A stretch of DNA of 64,000 nt, from assembly GCF_963921235.1 (NCBI RefSeq), contig NC_086097.1:54996001-55060000 (forward strand), given 5' to 3'. A model generated the notes under the pieces. The model was not told the origin of the DNA. It ran no database searches and saw only the letters and a program-made list of their open reading frames with translations. Position 1 is the stretch's first letter. Every line of letters starts with the position of its first letter. The DNA comes from Mobula hypostoma. Lineage: Eukaryota. Positions 40,001 through 53,612 of the stretch are shown here, in pieces. The position numbers were made by a program, and so were the translations under genes.

Positions 40001-41200
40001 GCTTTGAGGAAATAACAAGCAGGATACACAAAGGGAAAGCAATGGATGTTATGTACTTGGATTTTCACAAGGTCTTTGACGAGTTGCTGTACATGAGGCT
40101 GTTTAACAAGATAAGGGCCCATCATATTACAAGAAAGATACTAGCATGGATAGAAGATTGGCAGGAGGCAAAGAGTAGGAATAAAGGGAGCCTTTTACGA
40201 TTAGCTGCCGGAGACTAGTGGCGTTCCACGGGAGTTGGTGTTGGGAACTGTTTGTTTTTACGTTGTATGTAAATGATCTGGATGGCAGAATTAATTGCTT
40301 TGTAGCCAAGTTTGTGGATGATACAAAAATAGATGGAGCGTCAGTAGTGTTGAGGAAGCAGGGAAGCTGCAGAAGTACTTTGACAGATTTGGAGAATGGG
40401 CAAAGAAGTGGCAAATGGAATACAGAGTCAGGGAGTGTATGGTAATACACTTTTTTGTGGGGAGGGGATTCAAAAATCTGAGGAGTAAAAACACTTGGGA
40501 ATCCTCGTGCAGGATTCTCTGAAGGATAATTTACAGGTTGAGTCGGTGCTGAGGAAGGCAAATGCAATGTTAGCACTCATAACGAGCGGACTAGAATATA
40601 AAAGCAAAAGATGTAATGCTGAGGCTTTATAATACACTGGTGAGGTCCACATGGAGTATTGTGAGCAATTTTGGGCCCTTATTTAAGAAAAGATGTGCTG
40701 ACATTGCAGAGGATTCAAAGAAAGTTCATGAGAATGATTCCGGGAATGAACGGCTTATCATATGAGGAGCAATTGATGGCTTTGGGCCTGTACTCACTGG
40801 AATTTAGAAGAATGAGTGTGGATCTTATTGAAATGTACTGAATGTTGAAAGCACTAGATAGAGTGGTCATGTAGAGGATGATTCCTATGGTGGGGGAATC
40901 TAGGACAGAGGGCACAGCTTCAGAGTAGAGGGATGCCCATTTAGAACAGAGATAAGGAGAACTTCTTTAGCTGGAGGGTGGTGAATTTGTGGAATTCATT
41001 GCCACAGGTGGCGGTGGAGGCCAGGTCATTGGGTGTATTTAAGCGGAGGTTGATAGATTCTGATTAGTCAGTGCATGAAAGGTTACAGGGAGAAGGCAGG
41101 AGAATGGATTCAAGAGGGAAATAGATGAACCATGATAAAATGGCAGAACTGACTCAATGGGCTGAGTGGCAGAATTCTGCTCCTCTGTCTTATGGTCTTA
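37040..41200 (+). mobile_element. Near-full-length degraded CR1 (5' UTR, ORF1 with SGNH esterase, ORF2 APE+RT, tail)
   Basis: ORF1: YICTRCME, VVVGDS, VNIGTN, DRLHLNLRGTNIL. ORF2: LKVLYLNA, KSPGPDGLHPKVLKE, KFVDDTKI. Tail tcttatggtctta. Many stops and deletions. Confidence 0.9.
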
Positions 41201-42869
41201 TCCTTCCATTACAACCTTTTGTCATCATAGACTGCTCTGGAAACTCAGTTATCACCATCTATCTCTAAAAGCTTATGCGAAGACGCTAACAGGCAGCATT
41301 CTTGAACCTTTGCAATCCTTCTGGTGAAGCTGCTGGATAGGGAATTCCACAACTTGGTCATTCCACAACATGTGTCTGTGGTTGCGATATATTGCCTAGT
41401 CAGAAAGGTATATGTGTTGGAGGTTTATATGGATATTTTGTTTTCCTATACAATTGTTCCTCTTGATGGTAGAGTTTAAGCATAGGCTACGTGACTGACC
41501 GCAGACACTGTACGTTGATGGTGGAAGGAATGAATATTCAGAGTGGTGGGTGGGATATAATCAAATGGGTTGAATTTATTCTGGATGTAATGTATTTGAA
41601 GTTCTTGAGTGTTGTTATGAGTTGTACTCATCTGAGCAACCTACACTCTGCATATGTCTTATTGATCGAAGAAAGGGTTGGGATGGCACCTGGCAAGTCA
41701 TATACTGAGGGACACCCTACGTTTGCAGCCAAATTGTTTACGTGGATTATGCATTTACCCTTCTGTTCTATATGGTTAGACTTCCCTTTTCTTTTGAAAA
41801 GTATCATTGTCTGGAATTTTTTAAACAGCTCAGGCCTGAATGCGTCCAAGCCTTGCTGAATGCTGGCATGAATATTTTGGTTTACTGAGAAGTAGAATTG
41901 GAATTGATATGGTGTAACGCTCAGTGAATATGCCTACTTCTGACCTTATCATGAAAGGAAGGTCAACAATGAAGATAGGACTGACAGCATATTGGATAGT
42001 GCAGTGAAGAACTTACATTTCTTTTTGTGCAGCCTCTAGTGACTGGAGTCATACCTTCCAGTAAATGTTATCCTCAAGGGTGAAACTGATATGAAGAGAC
42101 ACTGAGGGTAAAACAGATCTCACTTTTACCAGGGCACCTCAGTGCCACATTGGATTAAATGCTGCTGATATCAAGAGTGTTCTCTCTCCCTTGTGGAACT
42201 GAGCTCTTTAATTCACATTTGGACCAAGCTTGTGACAAGATCTGGAGACAAGCTATTCTGGCAAAAGCCAAACTGAGCAATGGTAGATAAGTTATTAGTG
42301 AGTATGTAGCTGGCAACATCAATTTCCATAACTTTGCTGATGATTATGAGCAGACTGATTGAGTATGTGCTTTGGAATAAAGTGTACAGAAATACACTGG
42401 GAGAATTATGTTTGAAGGTTCTGAAATGTTTACAATTCATATTAAAAATGCGGCCAAAACCCTCACTTTGGCAATGTAATCTAACTTCAGTAATGAAAAA
42501 TACCAGGTCAAAAACTAGGAGTTACTTTGTGCTGGACATTTTTACCTTCTGGTAAAGATGTCCAAGTTCTATTTTCATTAACCATGATATTTACTGGTTT
42601 TCATCAGTATGAAAGGTGGGTATATTTTAAAAGAAACAATTACAGAGTGCTACAACTTATAGCATGCATCTTATGAAATGGTATTTTGTTGAGGTTCAAA
42701 TTCTTATAAATTTTGCTTCAAGTAAGTCACAAGCTTTACTGCAATTTTTGCAGCTCAACATGCAGATAGATTTTTTAAAAACTGGTGAATAAAGCAAATT
42801 CAAACTCAGAAACTGAATCATTTAATATCACAGGCATATGATAATTATATGATATGAGGTAAAGAAAAA

Positions 42870-43995
42870 TTACTGAGGTGGTGTTCATGGGTTCATTGTC
42901 CATTCAGAAATCTTTTGGCAGAGAGGAGGAAGCTGTGGCTCCTGTATCTCCCTCTTGATGGTAGCAATGATAAGAAGTATGTCCTGGATGATGGAGGTTC
43001 TTAACTATGGTCTGGATGCTACCTTTTGAGGCATCGCCTTTTGAAGGTGTGCCGGACGTCGGGAAGGCTGGTGCCCATGATGAAGCTAGCTGAGTTTACA
43101 CCATTCTGCAGCTTTTTCTGATCCTGTGCAGTGGCTGCTCCATACCAGATGGTGCTGCAGCCAGTTAGACTGCTCTCTACGGTACATCTGTAGAAATTTG
43201 CGAGTCTTTGGCGACATACCAAATCTCCTCAAACTCCTAATGAAATATAGCCACTGTGGTGTCTTCTTTGTAAATGCATCAATATGTTGGGCCCTGGATA
43301 GATCCTCAGAGGTGCTAATGCTCAGGAACTTGAAGCTGCTCACCCTTTCCACTTCTGCTCCCTTGATGAGGACTGGTGTGTTCTCTCCACCTCCCTTTCC
43401 TCAAATCCACAATGAATTCCTTGATCTTTCTGACGCTGAATGCAAGGTTGTTGTTATACCACTGAACCAGCTGATCTATCTTGCTCCTGTATGTCTCTTT
43501 GACACCATCTGGAATTCTGCCAACAATAGTTGTGTTGTCAGCAAATTTATAGATGACGTTTGAATATGCCAAGCAACATAATTGTGGGTGTAGAAAGAGT
43601 AGAGCAGTGGGCTAAGGACACATCCTTGAGGTGTGCCAGTGTTGACTGTCAGAAAGGTGTTATTTCCGAACCGCAAAGATTGGTCTCCTGGTGAGAAAGT
43701 CAAAGATCCAGTTGCAGATGGAGGTACAGAGGCCAAGCTTTTGGAGCTTGTTCAGTAGAACTGAGGGTATGATTGTGTTGAGCGCTGAGCTGTAGTCAGT
43801 AAACAACAGCCTGACCAAGTCCAGGTGATCAAAGGCTGAGTGAAGAGTCAGTGAGACTGCATCCACTGGAGACTTACTGAGGTGACAGGGAGACTGCAGA
43901 ACGTCCAGGTCCTTGCTGAGGCAGGAGTTGACCAACCTCTTAAAAATATTGCATCACAGTAGATGAGAGTGCCACTGGGCAATAGTTGTTGAGGC
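42870..43995 (-). mobile_element. Rex1/Babar-like LINE RT and 3' end
   Basis: VNTGTPQGCVLSPLLYSFYTH, KFADNTTIVGRI, ERVSSFKFL, NFYRCTVESSLTGC. Confidence 0.85.
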
Positions 43996-44174
43996 AGACG
44001 TTTAAGTTAATTTAAAGTTAACATTAAGTTACTAATTCCAGTAACTTAAATATATTCTTTCTACTTTTGTATTTGTGGGAAAAATCTGAAAACGTTCATT
44101 ATGATAGGAAAATAATCCAACTGGTGACCCGAAAATTTAGCTTGCAGTTACTACAAACAATAATATAAGAATAA

Positions 44175-44920
44175 AGACCATAAGATATAGGAGCAGAATG
44201 AGAACCATTGAGTCTGTTCTGCCATTTCATCATGGCTGATCCATTTTCCCTCTCAGCCCCAATCTCCTGCCTTCTCCCGTATACCTTCATGCCCTGACAA
44301 TCAGGGGAAGTTAACAATATCACTGTTTATTGCAAGGAAAACTGAATACAAAAGGAAGAATATATTTGGTTGTTTTCGAATTGGTATCAAATAAAGAGTG
44401 CTGTGAATAGTATTAGTCTGTCTATTCAAGGAATAATTGATAAGGCTTTGGAATAAGTTCAGAGAGGATTTACTAGCCTAACCATGGAAAGGACAAGATA
44501 TCTTGTGAAGAAACTAAGCTTATATCTTCTGGAGTTTAGAAGTGTTAGAAAAGATCTGATTGGAACATAATATCCGGAGGTACTGAAAAAGAGGAATTGG
44601 AAAGATGTTTCCTCTTGCAAAAGGGTCTAGAGCTGGATGTCACTGTTTCTAAATAAGGAGTTGCCCATTTATGACAGATGAGAAGGTTTTTCTTCCTCCA
44701 AGGACTACGAGTCTTTGGGACACTTCCTCAAGGGGCAGTTGAAGCAGACTCTGCAAGTTTTATTAAAGTGATAGGTTAATACTTAACAAGCAACAAGGTG
44801 AAAGGTTACCAATGGATAGAGGAACAGCCAGACTGAAGTTACGAACAAACCAGTTGTAAACATGTTCAATAGCAGAGCAGGCTTGAGAGCTAAGTGGTCT
44901 ACTCTCTCCTTAACTTGCAT
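44175..44920. mobile_element. CR1 3' fragments (minus 44175-44305, older plus 44310-44920)
   Basis: CR1 tail and RT C-terminal motifs. Confidence 0.65.
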
Positions 44921-45737
44921 GTACTTCAGATGATACAAGTATTAATCTTTGGCCAAAACTAAGTTAATAGTAATCTACTTCAATGCTCCACAACCAAGAC
45001 AAAACTCAGACCGAGAGTGACAAAGATATTCCCTACATGTTCCTTACATCCAAATCCACAGAAAGTCTTGTTTTTACCGATCTCAAGGAATGCAATTTTT
45101 CTAATTCCTCATTTTTTTCACTTTTTTATCTTCCATTTATTTAGGATTTATTTTCAATCCTTCCAGTGCCACAGACTATTCTTCAGATGATTTGCCACAC
45201 AGTAAACCTGCTCAAAGGGGGTTGTTCTGGGTGGGTATAAATTTTGACCTGCATTCTTCTGAGTTAAGTCAGTAAAAACATAACATGGATAGGACCTGAA
45301 ATATGAATATGATTAGGTCCCAAGTTTAATTCATATTAATGATGATTAACCAATGCAGATTATAATAAAACAGGTCAGTACAGAGATGTTTCTTCCCAGA
45401 CCACAAAATGAAAAAAAAATGTATCTGGGGGCACCAGTTTCTACTTACTGCAAAATTGACTGCATTTCTAACACACATTTGTTTACTGTCAGAACTCACA
45501 ACGAATCCCAGAAAGATGAACCACAGAACTTTCCCCTTCCCTTAGGCAAAGTAGGTATCTTAAGGTATTTCTTCATGTTTACCACCTTGAATATACTCAT
45601 TCTTGATTTCAAGAATTAGTTCAATTGCTATTGGATTTAGCTTAAACAAATAAAAAAGCAATTTTCAATTCAAAGTAGAGTTCAATATGCATGACGAAGA
45701 TTTACTGTACTTACTACTATGACTTTACAATACTTGC

Positions 45738-45855
45738 CTGTTGCAAAGTCTTTTGGGAAGATTTACATCAAGAATGTGAGAAAGTATGTTTGCTAGTTGA
45801 GTGGCAAAGCACAAAGCTGCACTGATGGTAAATGCAGAGTTACTCTGTTCCATAT
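45738..45855 (-). CDS. ATG14: ATG14 coding exon 7 (118 nt), followed by a GC donor
   Basis: ctcacgcAG|[42 protein letters not shown]|GCAAGT. Confidence 0.93.
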
Positions 45856-46694
45856 CTGCGTGAGAAATACAAGCCAAGATATAAACTGACAAATGTTTAA
45901 AAACACAATTAATAATCTTTAATAGTATCAAACACTTGAAGATGCTGACTAAATAGAATACTGTAAGATATAGCATAATGCTTCAACAATCGTGTTATCA
46001 AATAAATTTTGACATAAAGTCAGAGAAATTAGGACAGGCAGCTAAGAGGAAACAGAATTTACTACTAATCTTTTCAAGGAATAAAGGGAGAAAATTACAG
46101 GACAAGCCACAGCTGCCAACAAGGGAACAGTTAAACATAGGTATGCCAAGGAGTTCAATGGTGCAGTCACACTGAAATCTTGGAAGCTGCTTGGAAGATC
46201 TCTTATGGATGCACAAGTACACCCTCAACAGACTGTAAGCCATTGAGACAGAAATAAATTAACACTATATTTTCTTGCAAAGCTGTAAAGCATGAATGTG
46301 TTCAAGATTAAAATAAAAAGTAGGCACAACAGCGTGAGCTGAGGGACCTGTACTGTGCTGTAATGTTCTCTCAAAGTAGAGCCCTCTTCGTGACTGCATC
46401 AATGTATTGGGGCCAGGTTAGAACCTTTGAGATGGTGATGTGCAAGAACTTGAAGCTGCTCATTTTTACAGAAGCACTACTAGTGTTATGTCTGTAGCGC
46501 CCTGGGATGCCACGGTAGCTGGTCCAAGTCTCAGCAGCATGTAGGAGGGATGTGACTACTGCTGTCCTGTACCATGAGTTGTGTGGCAGGTTAGAGGTCT
46601 TGATCTTTAAAAGGCCCTTTCTTTAAATACAAAGGCAGTTGCAGGTACACTGAGGATGATGGTGAATAGATGTCTGCCTTCATTCCGGAGAATG

Positions 46695-47195
46695 AATAAG
46701 TGGTTCACAAAAACAATCCCAGGAATGAAAGAATTAATGAGTGAGGAGCATTTGATGGCTCTAGTACTGTACTTGCTGGAGTCTAGAAGACGGATGCGGG
46801 GGGGGGGAGGGGGGGTAATCTTATTGAAACCTATCGAATATTGGAAAGCCTAGGTAGAATGGACTTGAAGAGGATGTTTCCTAACGTGGGCGAGTCTAAG
46901 ACTAGAGGGCACAGCCTCAGAATACAAGGACATCTTTTTAGAACAGATATGAGGAGAAATTTCTTTAGCTAAAGGATGGTGAATGTGTGGAATTCATTGC
47001 CATAGATGGCTGTAGAGGCACAGTCATTGGGTATAGTTAAAGCAGAAGTTGATAGATTCTTGAGTTGTAAGGGTGTCAAAGGTCATGGGGAGAAGGAAGG
47101 AGAATGGGGTTGAGAGGGATAATCAATCAGCCATCATAGAATGACAGGTCAAACTCAATGGAGACAAATGGCCTTTTGTTCCAGTCTTATGGTCT
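46695..47195 (+). mobile_element. CR1 3' end
   Basis: FTKTIPGMK...; tail tcttatggtcta. Confidence 0.85.
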
Positions 47196-48366
47196 AAACC
47201 AGCTATAAAACAAAAACAGTATGTAACTCTGAACCTGGATACACAAGGAATAGCTTTATGTAAAGATGACAAATATGCATCACTGATTTACACATGTACC
47301 TTTACACCTCCCAAAGCAACGTTGTGTGGAAATCACGAGTGACATAGGCATATAAAGCTTACATATATAATTGTACTAAAGAATAACAGAAAAGTCAGAT
47401 TGTGCAATGATGATCACTTTTTAAACAGAAATTGTCATAAGTTGACTTTAATTCACAATCCTGCTCCTACTCTGACCTATCCATCTATGACCTCCAGCTC
47501 TATTAAGTATGGCCCAATGCAAGCTTAGGGAACAACTCCCCATTTTCCATCTCAGCACACTGTAGTCTTCTGGACTCAACACTGAACTATCCAACTGAAG
47601 TTGTTCAATTGTTCTTTTTATTTGTGTAAGAACCGGACATTTCTGCATCTTGTCATTTTGGCTCAGGTTTTCCTTTTCCTCTTCGTAGTTTGCCCTCCTG
47701 CACATTCCCTATCGTCGTAGCACTAGCAATACATTACACAGACACAGAAGCATTACATGATTTGATCTGCTACATTAAATCATTTGATCTCAACCTACCA
47801 CAGATGGTATCTTTGTTCTCTTCATTTCCATTTCCTACCTTCTCTGTTCCCTATCTTGATGAGTAAATAACTTGACTGATCTGTTGTATTTCTAGCATTT
47901 TTTGTTTTTACTTCAGACTTCCAACATCTGTGTTTGATTTTCAAAAGCTGATTATTTTTGTGAAATGGATGGGAGAGTTCTTTCTTTACTAAAATAAGGC
48001 AAATATAAAAATTATATAGTCTGTGTTAGGCATTCCAAGTTAAACAGACATTAGATTCTGTAAACACAATGTACCTTAAAGTGCTGCACTGGCACACTAC
48101 TGCTCTAATGCACCATTTCAGTTTCGCATTTTAGTCAAGCAGAGTGAGACTAATCATTTACAAGATGGGCAGTCTGATCCTTTTGCATAATTACTCTGAC
48201 TTGCCCAGCTACACTTCTCTAATAGCCCTTAGAGAAAGAAAATAAATGATTACACATTGGTCACATTTTGACTGAACCCCTATCTGAATTTCTACGTATT
48301 AAAAAAAAGTTAACTTGGGTAAGACACATGTCATTAAGTACAATAAAACACACATGAAAACCTCAC

Positions 48367-48596
48367 CTGGCCCTTGTGCAGATTTCTTCTCTTCCACCCA
48401 GTTATAGTAAGCAGAATAATCCCCATTGCTGGGCAGGTATATCCAACGGCCTACAATCCCAATGTTAGTTTCTCCATTGTTATCATCACAGATCCATCTT
48501 CCAGAGAGATAAGTGGTTCTCCTTGCCTCTGCCAGCTCACTTACGGTACTAGAGGTCATGCCACTGTCAGATTCAAATGGTGTATCTGCTGGATCT
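48367..48596 (-). CDS. ATG14: ATG14 coding exon 6 (230 nt)
   Basis: ctgctAG|[39 protein letters not shown]...[24 protein letters not shown]|GTGAGG. Confidence 0.95.
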
Positions 48597-49626
48597 CTAG
48601 CAGTAAAAATCAAAAGCTGAATGGAAAGTCACATTTCATGCTAAAAAAGTTACTTTGATGGATGGTTCTGCTAAATCATAAAGGTTACTTTGAGAACCAA
48701 ATATGATACTTAAATAGGGTTTGTATGAAAGTTAAAAACCGCAAGAGTTTTCATTTTAAAAACATTAACTGAATTAACAATTGATATGATTTTCAATTAA
48801 AATGTAAGGTTCTCAAAATACTGTTTTGGGATCCAAAAACAATGGATCACTGCCTTAAAGAACTATCTAATGCCTGACCATGTGTGTAGAGTTCTCCCTT
48901 CTGTTCAAATAGACCCAATTACATGCACTTTTAATCTTACTAAGGAAGGACCAAAGAGAGCTAAAGCAACGGAAAGGGGAAATATTCTTGGGAGGTATCA
49001 TTGTCCAGAAACTCATGAGATCAGCCACAAAATTACAGCGGCTCCAAATACAGATCAGAGGCTGAATATGCAGCATCTAATCCATCTACCAACCCCTAAA
49101 AGTCCTTCCAGCATCTAAAGGCTTAAATCAGTATTGTGATAAAGTACTCTTACCTTCATTCTTTGAACACAGATCACACAATACTCAATGATCAATGCCA
49201 TCTGTTGAAACCAATCATTGCAACAACTCACCAAAATTTCTATGGAAGAACCACCATTTAAATAGATAAGGGCAACAGGCACATGGAAACTCTACCCTTA
49301 CAGGTTTATCTCCCAAGATTACACAGCATCTTGCTATGAAAATAAACTACCAAAGAATATTATCATGGTGTTAATAATGGAGCTCCTCAATCAAAGACTG
49401 GAGCAGATTAAGACAGTGCAAACCACCACACTGTAAAGAACAGTAAAAAAATTGCAATTATAATTGACAATCCTAGTGGTGTTCACATTCTGGCAACGAA
49501 TTAAAAAGCCTCAGCTGTGCAATACATTTTAAACTGATGACTTTGTATCATTGGTCTACATTCATGGTAATCCAGTTATATAAACATATATAAAGAATAT
49601 CCAATTGTAGTCTTAATGCTTCTTAC

Positions 49627-49864
49627 CTCATTCCTGTTTTCACTTCTTGTAATGGGAAAATCACACGTGTTAACTCTAGGATGTGAGTCCAACGGTTGCG
49701 AGCAAGGTGTTCCTGATAATTCAAAAATTCTATGTTTTTCTTCTCAACTAAGTCACTCAGTTTTCGTATATGCCTCTGAATCTTGTCCTTTTTCTCATGA
49801 TGTCGTTGGGCCCGTCGTTGCAACTTTTGGTTGTCTTCCTGATTTTTACATACCAGTTCTGCAT
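49627..49864 (-). CDS. ATG14: ATG14 coding exon 5 (238 nt)
   Basis: tttAG|[44 protein letters not shown]...[21 protein letters not shown]|GTAAGA. Confidence 0.93.
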
Positions 49865-51457
49865 CTAAATTTAGTAATAAAATTCTTTTTTTTTAAACTT
49901 TCTTCAAATTTCCATTAAGGAAAACATATATTTCTTAATGTTTTCCTTTAATGCGTTCCACAACTACCTCCTGTTCTTGGTCAGCGCTGTTTTAATCCTG
50001 GACAGTACATCATGCTTATACCTGGCTTCTGCTAGAGGGTCTCATTTAGATGTTGCTCTTTAAACTTAGTGAAATAATGAAATTGCTGCTAATGTGTACG
50101 AAGCAAAATAACTACTCTGAAACCAATTTGGGAACTTAAAAAGATGCAGTTCATAGAACTGTTCCATTATTCTAAATGTAGAAATAAGAGGAATATCGCA
50201 TTATTCTGTCACATGATAGTTTACGAATAAAGCTCCTGTCAGAGATAGCCTGTCAGCAAGCAATTTATTTACAATGATTACTTGCATACTGGTTAAGCTT
50301 CAATGTCATAAATGAGATTATGATGTTCACTTTAAAATGCAAATAACTAAAAACACTGGAGATTTGAAATAAAACCAGAAAACGCTGAGGATACTTAGCA
50401 GACCAGACTTTATCTGTGGACAGAAGGAGTCTCACATCTGTGGGGTGAAAAGCATCAAGAAGGCAGCTTTAAGAGAAGCAATAATGGAGTATGGTGTCAA
50501 CTCTGGGCAATGATGTGGTCGGGGTGGGGGTTGCAAGCCAGAAAGATGGCAAGCAAGCCAAATTGAGAAGGGTCGAGTGATAAGAAGGGCCTTAACAGTG
50601 AGTCCAGAAGTAATAACCAGGAAAATAGGCGCAAGGCTGAGTAGTAGTAGGAGCAGGTATTGGGCTAAAGGGACCCTGACAATGTGAGAGCTCAAGCGGT
50701 GTCTATTCTCCCATAGCCCTGCCATCCCAAAGCTAAAGGCTGAGGGAAATGAGCCAAAGACTCAAGTACAATGAGTCCAAACAAAAGCAAACAGAGAAGA
50801 GGAGTTGTTGTTCTTAACATTTATACCTCTTACTGCACTTTCAAGAGGTAGCATTTAAAAATTTCAGGAAAGCAATCTACAGAGCATGGACTCAGCCTAG
50901 GAATATACGATAGAAAGAATAGAGTACCTATGAATGTTTTCTAAATGAAGATTTATGAAGATATTTTTTATTTAAAGGATTGAAATGACTGAAGAATTTT
51001 TTAAAATAGCCACACAATAAATGAAATAGCAGATTATAGCAGTTACAGCCTGAAGTCCACTTACCATTTCTAATTGCACAGATTCAGTTATATTCCGTAA
51101 AAATGACTTTAGTTAATCTGGACTTTGCACAGTTAGTAAGTTATTTACCACAGTTTCTTGGTGACAAAATGTTATTTGCCTCCAATTAGTTTCTTAATTA
51201 GCTATTTTTTATGTGAATGTAGAATAAGTGCTATTTCTTTGAATATAAAAATGAACTAGTTAAGAAACATACACAAATTAAAAACAGATTGTTGCTTTGG
51301 AATTTTGTTTCAGTTTCTATTGCAATGTAGTTGAATCTTTAACTCGTTAACTTTAACACTAAAATTGGCAACACATTGCAAATAACAGAATGGGACATAG
51401 ACTATTTTTTTGTATTTCCTGCTTTGCCAAGTATTTTCAGCACTCTTTGATTTGCTT

Positions 51458-52000
51458 TCAGTTCCTCCTGGCTAGATGCATCACTGCCTGGTATGGTCCC
51501 ACAATCGCAGGACTCTGCAGAGGGTGGTGCGGATAGCCTAGCATATCTATGGATGTGAACTTCCCACTATTCAGGACATTTACTGCAACAGGTGCGTAAA
51601 AAGGGCCCAAAGGATCATAGAACATAGACCAGTGCAGCACAGTACAGGCCCTTCGGCCCACAATTTTGTGCCGAACCTTAAACCCTGCCTCCCATATAAC
51701 CCCCCACCATCACTGGGGACCCAAGTCACCCCAACTACAAACTGTTCCAGCTGCTACCATTCAGGAAATGTTACTGCAGCATTAAAGCCCAGGCCCACGC
51801 TCTGGGACAGCTGGGCCATCAGACTAATTAATCCACGGTAACACAACTGTATTTCTAAGCTATTTTGCCTGTTCTGTTGTATATCTTACTGTACATACTA
51901 TAAATTGCACATTGCACATTCAGACAAAAGACCTAACGTAAAGACCGTGACTCCTCACATACGTGAAGGATGTAAGAAATAAATTCAATATGATTCAATT
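51458..52000 (+). mobile_element. Rex1/L2-like 3' end with a short minus-strand CR1/SINE tail inserted at about 51616-51705
   Basis: gcatcactgcctggtatgg...ctgcagagggtggtg body; aataaattcaat tail ending just before the ATG14 exon 4 donor. Confidence 0.7.
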
Positions 52001-52014
52001 AAAGACTTCTGTAC

Positions 52015-52096
52015 CTTTTTGTACTTCTTCATTTCCTGAACAAATTGCATCTTTCAATAGTTCAATCCTTATCTGACAAGACATAATCTTCCATTT
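52015..52096 (-). CDS. ATG14: ATG14 coding exon 4 (82 nt)
   Basis: tattttc[29 protein letters not shown]|GTACAG; coiled-coil region, resembles human [27 protein letters not shown]. Confidence 0.92.
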
Positions 52097-52838
52097 CTGA
52101 AAATAAAAATGGATGTTTGAAAATTAAGCAGCAGTACAAGACTAGGTAAATTCAAAGAACAATCTACACCAAAGATTTACACAATTCATATAACCACGTA
52201 TTGCAAAATTATCCAATGCTTACTTCAATAAAGTTTTTATGATGGCAAACCATGGCTTGTTGATCAGAGGAGAGAATATTTTACAAAGAGAAGATAAAGT
52301 AAAAGAGAACAAAAATATTATTATTCCACTGCTAACTTTTAGCTTAGTATAATTTGATATATCCAATTCAAACACAGGTAAACTTTTGCTCGCTTTTCCT
52401 ATTAGAAAAGTAGAGTCAATTTGAATACATATTCTGTTGTACTTTCCACCTAAAAATCATTTGCTTCATCTAAAGTAGGAAGCACACATTTCACTTTATT
52501 CTCATTTAAGTATTGAGAAAATTTTTCACAGTTGTATTCTTGTAAAGTTAAATGGTGTACGGTTTCTAACATAAAGTAAGAAGACACTCGTTTAGGACTG
52601 ATGTAAGTGCTTAAGTTATTGGAAAGTTTTAACAACTTTAATGGTGAATGCATATAGATATCAAAATTTGCAGGACAAATTTTTTGCCCAGGTGTTTCTT
52701 AACAAACCTAATCGTTATTAGCGGAATACAGAGTTAAAGGTAAACACGAGGAATTCTACAGATGCTGGAAATTCATGCAACGCACATCAAAGTTGCTGGT
52801 GAATGCAGCAGGCCAGGTAGCATCTCTAGGAAGAGGTA

Positions 52839-52876
52839 CAGTCGACGTTTCGGACCGAGACCCTTCGTCAGGACTA
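52839..52876 (-). ncRNA. Minimal type I hammerhead ribozyme, left-arm copy
   Basis: Minus strand tAGTC-CTGACGA-a-GGGT(ctcg)GTCC-GAAA-C-GTC^GACTg; same core, with one extra G-U pair in stem II. Confidence 0.75.
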
Positions 52877-53101
52877 ACTGAAGGAAGACTTAGTAAGAGA
52901 TTTGAAAGTGGGAGGGGGAGGGGGAGATCCAAAATGATAGGAGAAGACAGGAGGGGGAGGGATGGATCCAAGAGCTGGACAGGTGATTGGCAAAAGGGAT
53001 ATGAGAGGATCATGGGACAGGAGGCCCAGGGAGAAAGAAAAGGTGGGGAGGGGGAGGGAGGAAAACCCCGGAGGATGGGCAAGGGGTATAGTCAGAGGGA
53101 C

Positions 53102-53580
53102 AGAGGGAGAAAAAGGGGGGGGGAGGAGGAGGAGGAGGAGGAGGGGGGGGAGGAGGAGGAGGAGGAGGGAGGAGGAGGGAGGAGGAGGGAGGAGGAGGGA
53201 GGAGGAGGGAGGAGGAGGGAGGAGGAGGGAGGAGGAGGGAGGAGGGAGGAGGGAGGAGGGAGGAGGGAGGAGGAGGAGGAGGAGGGGGAGGAGGGAGGAG
53301 AGGAGGAGGGAGGAGGAGGAGGAGGAGGAGGAGGAGGAGGAGGAGGAGGAGGAGGAGGAGGAGGAGGAGGAGGAGGAGGAGGAGGAGGAGGAGGAGGAGG
53401 AGGAGGAGGAGGAGGAGGAGGAGGAGGAGGAGGAGGAGGAGGAGGAGGAGGAGGAGGAGGAGGAGGAGGAGGAGGAGGAGGAGGAGGAGGAGGAGGAGGA
53501 GGAGGAGGAGGAGGAGGAGGAGGAGGAGGAGGAGGAGGAGGAGGAGGAGGAGGAGGAGGGAGAGAGAGAGAGAGAGAGAG

Positions 53581-53611
<31 letters not shown>

Positions 53612-53612
53612 A
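53102..53612 (+). repeat. Compound purine microsatellite: imperfect (GGA/GGGA)n, about 250 bp of pure (GGA)n, (GA)n, (GAAA)n
   Basis: No pyrimidine on the + strand over 511 nt; pure GGA run about 53309-53559. Confidence 0.97.
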
